A stretch of 32,000 nt of DNA from Candidatus Brocadia sp. (GTDB taxonomy: Bacteria; Planctomycetota; Brocadiia; Brocadiales; Brocadiaceae). The notes under the pieces were generated by a model that saw only the letters and a list, made by a program, of their open reading frames with translations, was not told the DNA's origin and did not search any database. The translations under genes and the position numbers were made by a program. Below, piece after piece: positions 1-7,309 of this stretch (its first letter is position 1; each line of letters opens with the position of its first letter). The stretch spans positions 1,770,001 through 1,802,000 of the forward strand of contig CP091279.1 of the NCBI GenBank assembly GCA_021650915.1, written 5' to 3'.

Positions 1-1174
1 TCAGCAACTCTTTATTCTCTTTCTTGTAAAAACCTTTATCAAAACTTATACTCTTTATTGTGCCTTCTCCGTAACGGCTCAACAACCTATCTGCCAATGG
101 AATTACCAACGATACATCCGCCTGTTTTTCTCCTACCACATGGTCCACGATGAAACCCCACTGATCGCTTGCTACCAGAATATTATGTCCCAACTCTACC
201 CTTTTGTTTGACTTGCCTTTGTACAGCCACTCCGTATGCGGCTCAAACAACGAATGAACCTTTTCTGCCGCCGGTATTACCTCATCCCGGATCACCCTTC
301 TCTCCACCAGGTCTATCTGTTTATTCAACATCCCGTGAAAATACTCCAGTGTCCCTATTTTCCCTGCATGCTTGTCTACCTGGTTCGTCGTTAGCACCTT
401 TTCGTAGATGGCTAACAGACTCGCTCCTATCTTTTCACTCAAACCCCTCGATAATTCCAAGTAACTCCTCACATGCTCTTCCTTGTTTTTCCCCCCGCTG
501 CTTGACGCCTTTGCGCTTATCCTCATCAGCTTTTTTAACTCTCTCCTCCAATATTTGCTCTTGCGCCATCCTTTCCCCGCCAGGATGCCTTCCTCTATTG
601 CATCCTCTATCATGTCCAGACTCTTGCGTCCCGCATCCCACAATAAATTCATATCGGTCGGAAAGTGTACATTCGTCTCTAACACATACGTATCCACCTT
701 AATACACAGTCCTTCGTCCTTTTTTTTAACCAACTGATGCCCCGATGATATCACCACTTCATTTATCTGCCTGAGGGTCTCCTCATCCAACAATCTTATA
801 TTGTCCTTGATGCTCTGCATCGAAAAAACCTTCGCCTCTCCAAATGCCGTCTCAACCCCCATTATCTGCCTGATAAGTTTGTGATGGTTGGCAAAATCCT
901 CCAACCTGTCATAATCGGCATCTAACCCTAATCTTACCACCGACAACACCAAAATATGCCATAAATCCATCCCATATCTTCCCGTCTTTTTCTTCCCCTT
1001 CGTTACCTTCGCCTCTAATATCCGGAATACCTCCTCGTTCAACTCCGGTGTAACATAGATATGTTGCAACGCCCTCAGTATCGGTGGTAGCTCATCTCGA
1101 CTCTTTATTGGCAGTTTTACCCCTGAAATGGGTATGATGCCAAGCTTCAATTGCTGCTCAAATCTCTTTCTCAT
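1..1174 (-). CDS. DDE transposase (IS4/IS5-superfamily, ISNCY/IS1182-like); 3' end runs off the window
   Basis: Minus-strand frame is open from the ATG at 1174 to the window edge, so it is missing from the ORF track. Hand translation gives MRKRFEQQLKLGIIPISGVKLPIKSRDELPPILRAL...KVDTYVLETNVHFPTDMNLLWDA...ISFDKGFYKKENKELL. This carries the first-D (ETNVHFPTD) and second-D (FDKGF) signatures of DDE_Tnp_1-type transposases. The catalytic E would lie outside the window. Confidence 0.8.
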   Translation of the reverse strand, partial: MRKRFEQQLKLGIIPISGVKLPIKSRDELPPILRALQHIYVTPELNEEVFRILEAKVTKGKKKTGRYGMDLWHILVLSVVRLGLDADYDRLEDFANHHKLIRQIMGVETAFGEAKVFSMQSIKDNIRLLDEETLRQINEVVISSGHQLVKKKDEGLCIKVDTYVLETNVHFPTDMNLLWDAGRKSLDMIEDAIEEGILAGKGWRKSKYWRRELKKLMRISAKASSSGGKNKEEHVRSYLELSRGLSEKIGASLLAIYEKVLTTNQVDKHAGKIGTLEYFHGMLNKQIDLVERRVIRDEVIPAAEKVHSLFEPHTEWLYKGKSNKRVELGHNILVASDQWGFIVDHVVGEKQADVSLVIPLADRLLSRYGEGTIKSISFDKGFYKKENKELL

Positions 1175-1356
1175 CTTCTATCGAATGTCCTTTGGCTAGT
1201 GGGTTAATGAACCGAATATTTGGACTCTTTATACCCAGAATCCCTTCATTTTCGCCATATTTTACCCTTTTACCCGAAAAAATTCAATGACTTTCATGAA
1301 CATTTTTCACCAGCTTCTCCTTACTTTACAGGGCTCTGGGGGGTTTCCGTTCAAAC
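1..1356 (-). mobile_element. Insertion sequence, partial (transposase plus about 180 bp 5' leader/terminus); inner boundary approximate
   Basis: The boundary is inferred from where the group II intron RT frame (..SPLLANLYL) degenerates into SSV-stop at about 1351-1362. The other IS end is outside the window, so no TIR or TSD can be shown. Confidence 0.55.
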
Positions 1357-2172
1357 ACTACTTAGATATAGGTTCGCCAATAATGGACTTATTACCGCCC
1401 CCTGTGGTGTCCCCTTCTCTGCTTCCCATTCTTTGAGTCCGTCCATTGTCCCCTGCTTCAGATACCCTTCTATCATCTCCAGTATCCTTCCGTCTGCTAT
1501 CTGTTCCTCCACCTCTTCCATCACCTTGTCATGGGGAATGCTGTCAAAGTAACTCTTGATGTCTGCATCTACTACCCATGGGTATCCATTCTTCAAGAGT
1601 TCTTCCACTCGCCTCAGCGCATCTTTACATCCTCGTCCTGGCCGAAAACCGTAACTCTGTTCTGCAAATGTATTCTCAAATATCGGCTCCATTACATTCC
1701 TCATCGCCGTTTGCACAATTCGGTCGGTGACCACGGGGATTCCTAATGGCCTCTTTTCCTTGCTTCCTATCTTCGGTATCCACACCCTCTTGACGGGTTT
1801 TGCCCTGTAACTCCCCGCTCTGAGTATCTTCTCTAATTCCACAAGATTCTTTTCCGCTTCCTTCTCATACGCCTCGATGCTCTGCCGGTCTACTCCCGCA
1901 GCCCCTTCATTGCTCCTCACCTTTTCCCATGACGCTCTCAGGTTCTCGCTTGAGTACACCTTGTCCACCAGACTAAACCATTTGCCTCCTTTCACTCCTT
2001 TCTCCAAAGCCGTCAACATCCGTTCCGTCCATACAGAAGGTTCTGTCCATCTCCACTTTTCCCGGATTTGGACTTCTCCATCTTGCTTAGGGTTTTCTCC
2101 CACTTCCGATGGTCTTTCTTCCCTCTCTATAGGCTTCACTCGTCCACCTTCCTGCCTCCCTTTGCTCCACAC
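1351..2172 (-). CDS. Group II intron reverse transcriptase/maturase, C-terminally truncated (ends after RT motif 4; no YADD, thumb/X or En domain)
   Basis: The 273-aa ORF carries RT motifs: AAGVDRQS, RAKPVKRVWIPKIGSKEKRPLGIPVVTDRIVQTA, YGFRPGRGCKDA, WVVDADIKSYFDSIPH, GTPQGAVISPLLANLYL. The frame stops immediately after ANLYL, where intact RTs continue to the YADD motif. The true start is probably the internal GTG (VKPIE..) preceded by GAAGGTGGA. Confidence 0.85.
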   Translation of the reverse strand: MWSKGRQEGGRVKPIEREERPSEVGENPKQDGEVQIREKWRWTEPSVWTERMLTALEKGVKGGKWFSLVDKVYSSENLRASWEKVRSNEGAAGVDRQSIEAYEKEAEKNLVELEKILRAGSYRAKPVKRVWIPKIGSKEKRPLGIPVVTDRIVQTAMRNVMEPIFENTFAEQSYGFRPGRGCKDALRRVEELLKNGYPWVVDADIKSYFDSIPHDKVMEEVEEQIADGRILEMIEGYLKQGTMDGLKEWEAEKGTPQGAVISPLLANLYLSSV

Positions 2173-2435
2173 CCGTTGCTCCCTATCATCGCTTTGTTAC
2201 GTTACCCCTCAGCTTGATAGGCTTCCTTTTCCAAAGGTCTGGGTTTCGCCATTCCCTAGCAGGCTCACCGTTACAACAGGCCGAATCGAGTTCGTCTGCC
2301 TACGGACTAGCTTTTCACCTCCCGTTGCTCCCCACCTCATCTCACGATGACGCAGTTACGGCCGGTTACAGGGCGGAAAGCGTTTCCCCTGAAGGGGACT
2401 TTCACCCCTCTGGCATTGTGCACTTTCAGGCGCAC
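1357..2435 (-). mobile_element. Group II intron, 5' portion only (ribozyme domains I-III plus 5' part of the domain IV ORF)
   Basis: From 2435 the minus strand reads GTGCGCCTGAAAGTGCACAATGCCAGAGGGGTGAAAGTCCCC, which is the canonical GUGCG 5' end. It is followed about 300 nt later by the RT ORF. Domains V/VI and the RT C-terminus are absent from the window. Confidence 0.75.
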
Positions 2436-2647
2436 TAGTGTGTAGACATATTAATTACAAATTATATATTGTGGACAATTTTAGCTATATCGCGCCGCAA
2501 AACAGCATTTATATGTTTCGTTATTAATATGTCTGCACACTAGTATACAGACATATTAATTACAAATTATATATTGTGGACAATTTTAGCTATATCGCGC
2601 TGCAAAACAGTATTTATATGTTTCGTTATTAATATGTCTCTACACTA
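2436..2647. repeat. Two tandem copies of a 103-bp palindromic MITE-like element (2438-2540 and 2543-2645), each flanked by TA (2436-37, 2541-42, 2646-47)
   Basis: Direct repeat with a 105-bp period and about 7 mismatches between copies. Each copy has 21-24 bp imperfect terminal inverted repeats. Copy 1 left end is GTGTGTAGACATATTAATTAC and its right-end reverse complement is GTGTGCAGACATATTAATAAC. The core AGACATATTAAT/ATTAATATGTCT is perfect in both copies. Confidence 0.85.
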
Positions 2648-2649
2648 GT

Positions 2650-2778
2650 TTAGACCAACCGGACAAACAGGTAGACAGTTCATGGCGCAAAGAGGTTGAA
2701 GAGAGAATTGCTGCATATCAGTCCGGCAAGCTCAGGACTGTAGCACTTGACGAAGTTCTACCAAAATACCGGAAATAA
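2650..2778 (+). pseudogene. Type II antitoxin remnant (putative addiction-module component / Unstab_antitox-like), C-terminal about 42 codons only
   Basis: Hand translation gives LDQPDKQVDSSWRKEVEERIAAYQSGKLRTVALDEVLPKYRK-stop. This matches the conserved C-terminal W..E...R...Y..G motif of that antitoxin family. There is no in-frame start, since the upstream frame hits TAG at 2587-2589 inside the repeat. The stop TAA overlaps the toxin ATG (TAATG at 2776-2780). Confidence 0.6.
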
Positions 2779-3197
2779 TGCAGATAAGATTACTTGAAAT
2801 AGCTCAAATTGAGATTGACGAGTCTGGTAGATTAGGAGATGAATTTTTAGTTGAATCGCTCCATGCCTTTGACCGAATAAAGAATTTCCCACACGCCTGG
2901 CATTCCTTCACAAGCGATACCCGCCGGTGCCAACTGCGCCGCTTTCCATACGGAATAATATACCAGATATTGGATACAGAGATTCTTGTTGTTGCAATTG
3001 CAAATTTACATAGAAATCCTGACTATTGGAAAGATGGGACGATGCTTGCATTACATCGCTTTGACGGGTTTGATCTGGCAGGCGGTATCTTGCCCTACAT
3101 ACTATTTATTTTTGCCGCTGACTATAGATTATCAAATCTTTCCAGGTTAGCAGGGCTGACCCTTTTAGAAATTTTCACGCCATCGTCTTTTTGCTGA
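2778..3197 (+). CDS. ParE/RelE-family toxin-like protein (possibly degenerate)
   Basis: The 139-aa ORF contains RRFPYGIIYQILDTEILVVAIANLHRNPDYWKD, the typical C-terminal core of ParE/RelE plasmid-stabilisation toxins. The N-terminal helix region looks about 8 aa short. The ORF also continues about 50 aa beyond the usual ..YWK(D/R)-stop end. Confidence 0.65.
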   Translation: MQIRLLEIAQIEIDESGRLGDEFLVESLHAFDRIKNFPHAWHSFTSDTRRCQLRRFPYGIIYQILDTEILVVAIANLHRNPDYWKDGTMLALHRFDGFDLAGGILPYILFIFAADYRLSNLSRLAGLTLLEIFTPSSFC

Positions 3198-3361
3198 AAA
3201 ATAAACCTTGAAAACCCGTAAAACAGGCGGTAATATCCAGTGAGTGAAGGGAACACCAAAATGTCTTCAAAATGGGAAAGAGATAGCACCTCTGATAAAG
3301 GGTCTTGTAAATACCATTTCCGGAAGATTCAAAGAATTTTGAGCTTTCAACCTAAGGACAA

Positions 3362-5362
3362 ATGTATACATCAATGTGCCAACACCGAAAAGATAAAATA
3401 CGGTTACCGCTAGCATTTTTTCTTCCCCTTTTGACAGCGTCTCTGATCCGTTTCTGGGATATCGGTCTCAGGCCGTTTCACTCAGACGAAGGAGTGAATA
3501 GTTTCTTTCTGTTAAATTTGTTCAATAAAAATTATTACCACTATGACCCCGCTAACTATCACGGCCCTTTTCTCTACTATCTGGGACTGATCCCTTTCTT
3601 TATTTTCGGCCTTTCTGATTTTGCATTCCGTTTCATGCCCGCCTTGTTTGGCATTATGGTCGTTGCACTCTTGTATCCGCTCCGAAAAAAATTTGGCACG
3701 ATGGGTATCCTTACGGCAGGACTGCTCATCGCCCTCTCTCCGACAATGTCTTTCTTCTCAAGAGACACCATCCACGAAATGTACTTCATCTTTTTTTCCC
3801 TGGCAGTCGTGGTCTCTTTTTTCCTGTACTCCGAAACGCGGAAATCAAGGCATATCTATTTTAGTGCAGCAAGCCTTGCCTTTCTTGTTACCATAAAAGA
3901 AACGTACATCATCACTTTTGTTGTCTTTGCCGTGTCTCTGACCATAGCGTATTGCTGTACCCTGGTATTGTTAGCTCAGGGCGCCAGATTGCAATACGCT
4001 AAAAACGTTTTCGCCTCATTTGCTGCTGATTGCAAGAAAAACCAATACGCCATTGGCATCAGCATCGGTGTATTTTTAGGCATCAACTTTCTCTTCTATT
4101 CATCATTTTTTACGTATTACGCAGGTATTAAAGGCATTTTAAGTACGCTCAAGATATGGACAAAAACAGGCACCCACGCCGGCGGGCATGCGAAGCCGTT
4201 CTTTTATTATTTTACCTTGCTTTACAAATTTGAATTGCCCATACTGATCCTGGGAATCGCCGGATTGTATTGCGCATTCAGGCGGGGAAGCAAACTTACT
4301 GTTTTCGTATCATCCTGGGCGATTCTCATCTACCTTACCTATTCATTCATACCGTACAAAACCCCGTGGTTAGTGATCAACATCTTACTCCCCCTCTCTC
4401 TTCTGGCTGGGATTTTCATCAGCAATATACTCCGCGCCGTTACAAAGAAATGGCAGTATGCAGTCTTTTATCCCCTCTACCTTGGCATCTTTGGTTTTTC
4501 CTGTTATCAGTCTCTTATGCTGAATTTCTTCAATTATGATGACGAACGTTATGAGCTTGTCTATGTGCAAACCAAACGTGATATTTATCACCTCTTAGAC
4601 AGGTTACAATCTCTTTCCAAGGCACAGGGAAATGACATGCCCATCAATATCGTATCAAAAGAATACTGGCCGCTACCATGGTACCTCAGAGACTATAAAA
4701 ATGCCAAATTCTGGGGTGGCATTATTGAAAATCCCAATGCCCCTGTCATTTTAGTTGACAAAAACAATGAAGCAGAGTTAAAGAAAAAATTGAAGGGGGA
4801 TTACCGGCAGGAACGGTTTGTCCTGCGACCGGGCGTTATGCTCGTTGCTTACATACAAGAGAGCCTGTACGAGACAGGGCTTACTGAAAGAGGAAAAGCA
4901 GCCGATCAACCGGTTGCTGCCATTTCAAAAGAAAAATTAGCGGAAGGGTTGAACGTAAAATACTATGATACGATAGAATGTACCGGAACGCCCTTTTTGT
5001 CCCGTGTGGAAAAAGGAGCAATTTCCTTTGCCTATCACAATGAAACACAAAAACCCTACCGATCTCCTTTCTGTATAGAATGGGAAGGATACCTCTCTAT
5101 TCCAGAAAAAGGGACTTATCAATTTGCGACAAGATCTGATGATGGTTCTGTGGTTTACCTTGATGGGAGTGTCGTTGTGGACAATGACGACATTCATGCG
5201 GCAAGATATATTTTCGGAATTATCTCTCTGGGGAAAGGGATGCACCATGTGCGGATAAAATATTTTGATGGAGGAGGAGGCGCTGTTATGGAATTTCTGT
5301 GGAAACCGCCAGGCGGAAGGGAATCGCTCGTTCCTGGCCACCTTTTATTCCATACAAAGTAA
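3362..5362 (+). CDS. Polytopic membrane glycosyltransferase, GT39/ArnT-PMT_2-like (TIGR03663-type), with C-terminal PA14 carbohydrate-binding domain
   Basis: The 666-aa ORF has AAGGA 4 nt upstream of the ATG. The N-terminal about 400 aa contain many hydrophobic helices and the RPFHSDEGV loop motif typical of the family. The C-terminus (GLNVKYYD...FCIEWEGYLSIPEKGTYQFATRSDDGSVVYLDGSVVVDND...VRIKYFDGGGGAVMEFLWKPPGG) is a textbook PA14 pattern. Confidence 0.8.
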   Translation: MYTSMCQHRKDKIRLPLAFFLPLLTASLIRFWDIGLRPFHSDEGVNSFFLLNLFNKNYYHYDPANYHGPFLYYLGLIPFFIFGLSDFAFRFMPALFGIMVVALLYPLRKKFGTMGILTAGLLIALSPTMSFFSRDTIHEMYFIFFSLAVVVSFFLYSETRKSRHIYFSAASLAFLVTIKETYIITFVVFAVSLTIAYCCTLVLLAQGARLQYAKNVFASFAADCKKNQYAIGISIGVFLGINFLFYSSFFTYYAGIKGILSTLKIWTKTGTHAGGHAKPFFYYFTLLYKFELPILILGIAGLYCAFRRGSKLTVFVSSWAILIYLTYSFIPYKTPWLVINILLPLSLLAGIFISNILRAVTKKWQYAVFYPLYLGIFGFSCYQSLMLNFFNYDDERYELVYVQTKRDIYHLLDRLQSLSKAQGNDMPINIVSKEYWPLPWYLRDYKNAKFWGGIIENPNAPVILVDKNNEAELKKKLKGDYRQERFVLRPGVMLVAYIQESLYETGLTERGKAADQPVAAISKEKLAEGLNVKYYDTIECTGTPFLSRVEKGAISFAYHNETQKPYRSPFCIEWEGYLSIPEKGTYQFATRSDDGSVVYLDGSVVVDNDDIHAARYIFGIISLGKGMHHVRIKYFDGGGGAVMEFLWKPPGGRESLVPGHLLFHTK

Positions 5363-5364
5363 CG

Positions 5365-6117
5365 TCATCGGTACTGTCCCTTGAAATCTTGTATTTTTAT
5401 TATGAACAAATCCCTCAGCATCTGCAAGGAATGCCGAACAGGTTTTACCTTACTCAAAGAAGAATTTTTCCAACGAATAGGAATTTCCTTAATCTTAAAA
5501 TTCCATTTCCGCGATAGATACAACACCTCCACGTCAAAGGAAAAGCCATCGATAATACCCTTGCTAAAGACCTTTTGTGCCGCTTCCTTTTTGAATCCTT
5601 TAAAACCACACTGCGTATCGACAATTCCTTTTAGCAACACCAGATTTACGATGAAATTAAAGGTTTTACCCATTCTCTCCCGATACCAGGGTTGATGGAT
5701 GGCAATTTCAGAATCCGACATGCTTCGCGATCCAATAACCACATCATAATCACCGAAAAGATACGGCAAAAATTTTTCTATTTCCTCAATTGGGGTGGAA
5801 AGGTCCGCATCACTAAAAAAGACATACTCTCCCTTTGCAGATAACATCCCTTTCCGCACGGCACAACCTTTACCGTAATTCCGATCATTTGTCAAAACGA
5901 CAACGTGATCGTTTTGTCCTGCAATTTCTTTTATTATTTGTGCGGTATTGTCGGTAGAGCCGTCGTCCACCACAATGATTTCGCAAGAGAACCCTTTTTG
6001 AGCAAGGTATGCACAAACCTTGCTCACGGTCACCAACAGTCTCTTTTCCTCGTTATACGCAGGAATAACGATTGAGAGGAGGCATTCATTCATAGGCTCT
6101 TTAAAAGCGGAGATCAT
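5365..6117 (-). CDS. GT2 polyprenyl/dolichyl-phosphate glycosyltransferase (Dpm1/Alg5-like)
   Basis: The 250-aa ORF contains LSIVIPAYNEE, IIVVDDGSTDNT, NYGKGCAVRKGM, FFSDADLSTP and DTQCGFKGF motifs. Its start overlaps the gspF stop by 17 nt. An alternative start at Met9 (6093) would leave a 7-nt gap. Confidence 0.85.
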   Translation of the reverse strand: MISAFKEPMNECLLSIVIPAYNEEKRLLVTVSKVCAYLAQKGFSCEIIVVDDGSTDNTAQIIKEIAGQNDHVVVLTNDRNYGKGCAVRKGMLSAKGEYVFFSDADLSTPIEEIEKFLPYLFGDYDVVIGSRSMSDSEIAIHQPWYRERMGKTFNFIVNLVLLKGIVDTQCGFKGFKKEAAQKVFSKGIIDGFSFDVEVLYLSRKWNFKIKEIPIRWKNSSLSKVKPVRHSLQMLRDLFIIKIQDFKGQYR

Positions 6118-7303
6118 TCACGCTCAAAATTGCCGTTAGCATGGAAATCACAATGACACCAATCAGAGCTCCCATCAGCAATATGAGCACCGGTTCAACC
6201 ATGGTCACCAGACGCTTCATCCGGTGCTCGATATCGGCATCAAAATTATCCGCTACCTTCAAAAGCATTTTGTCCAAATTCCCTGTTTCTTCGCCTACTT
6301 TCAGCAAATGGACGGCAATTTCAGGCAAGAAACCTCTTTTTGCAAGGGATAAGGTAAGACCGGCGCCCTCTTTTACGTTTGCTTTTACATCTCGCAGAAT
6401 GTCGGCAAGATACCGATTCGATAATACATCTTTAACAATATCCATCGATTTTAGCAACGGCACACCGTTTTCTAACAGCGTACCCAGCGTTCTGGCAAAC
6501 CTGGATATCTGCATCTTCCACAAAAGATTGCCAACGAGCGGCAATCGTAACTTCTTTTGGTCTAATTTTATGGAGGTAGCATTATCCTTCATTGCCTTTT
6601 TATATAAAAAAACCGCAATCAGGGCTGCAAGTATGAGAGTCCAGCCGTACCGAATCAAATATTGACTCATGCCCATGAGTATCATCGTCGAAAAAGGAAG
6701 TGAAATGCCCATACCATCAAAGATCTGCGCGAACTTGGGGATAACATACACAATAAGCGCTCCGACGCAGACAAATCCCGTGAAGCTGAGCAAGATGGGA
6801 TAAATCATTGCAGAAACAATTTCGCTTCTGACCTTTTGCAGCCTTTCCTGAAATGCCCCCAATCTTTTGAGCACCTGCGGCAAAACCCCGCCCTCTTCTC
6901 CCGCACGCACCATATTGATATAAACACTGGAAAAGAGTTTGATATGGTTCGTAAGCGCTTCGGCAAAGGATTTTCCCGACTTTATTCCGTTCAGCAAATC
7001 CTCAACCACGTCTTTAATCATATTTCTATCCTGCCCGGACAATAAGATGGATAAGCTTTTGTCAAGGGGAATGCCGCCCTCAAGCAGCGTGGCAAGTTCC
7101 TGGGTAAAAGGCAAAACCGCTTTCTTGTTTAACCGGTTCAGAAAAAAACCAAATTGTTTATTCTTATCCGCCTGTTGAATGTACAAAACAATATGGCCTG
7201 ATTTGCGAAGTTCAGTAATCAGGTCTGCCCTGCTCAGGGCTTCTTTTTCCCCTTCTACAATACCACTGGATGCTGTTAATAATTTGTACCGAAAGACGCT
7301 CAT
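6101..7303 (-). CDS. gspF: Type II secretion / type IV pilus platform protein GspF/PilC family
   Basis: The 400-aa ORF has two T2SSF-type repeats (..FTQELATLLEGGIPLDKSL.. and ..FARTLGTLLENGVPLLKSM..) and three hydrophobic segments. Confidence 0.9.
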   Translation of the reverse strand: MSVFRYKLLTASSGIVEGEKEALSRADLITELRKSGHIVLYIQQADKNKQFGFFLNRLNKKAVLPFTQELATLLEGGIPLDKSLSILLSGQDRNMIKDVVEDLLNGIKSGKSFAEALTNHIKLFSSVYINMVRAGEEGGVLPQVLKRLGAFQERLQKVRSEIVSAMIYPILLSFTGFVCVGALIVYVIPKFAQIFDGMGISLPFSTMILMGMSQYLIRYGWTLILAALIAVFLYKKAMKDNATSIKLDQKKLRLPLVGNLLWKMQISRFARTLGTLLENGVPLLKSMDIVKDVLSNRYLADILRDVKANVKEGAGLTLSLAKRGFLPEIAVHLLKVGEETGNLDKMLLKVADNFDADIEHRMKRLVTMVEPVLILLMGALIGVIVISMLTAILSVNDLRF

Positions 7304-7309
7304 AGGCCT

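Noticed and set aside
169-737. Plus-strand ORFs 169-702 (177 aa) and 483-737, plus the minus-strand ORF 435-641
   Set aside because: Their translations are low-complexity and S/P/L/C-rich. They lie antisense to, or out of frame with, the clearly recognisable minus-strand DDE transposase frame. They are shadow ORFs caused by purine-rich coding on the opposite strand.
1220-2438. Plus-strand ORFs 1220-1552, 1531-1746, 1877-2350 and 2214-2438
   Set aside because: They lie antisense to the group II intron RT and ribozyme. They have no recognisable motifs and the same shadow-ORF composition.
2436-2647. Possible CRISPR array or integron attC sites
   Set aside because: There are only two units, each 103 bp long, and they abut directly with no unique spacers. 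No cas genes are present. For attC there are no cassettes, no intI and no GTTRRRY/RYYYAAC cores. TA-flanked TIR elements fit better.
6141-6665. 174-aa plus-strand ORF antisense to gspF. Similar long antisense ORFs occur at 17395-17763 (murC), 18621-19238 and 18733-19131 (murG), 19396-19932 (ftsW), 22262-22699 (murF) and 27806-28159 (rsmH)
   Set aside because: Each lies entirely inside a strongly supported conserved gene on the other strand. None has a recognisable motif or RBS. They are treated as chance antisense frames.
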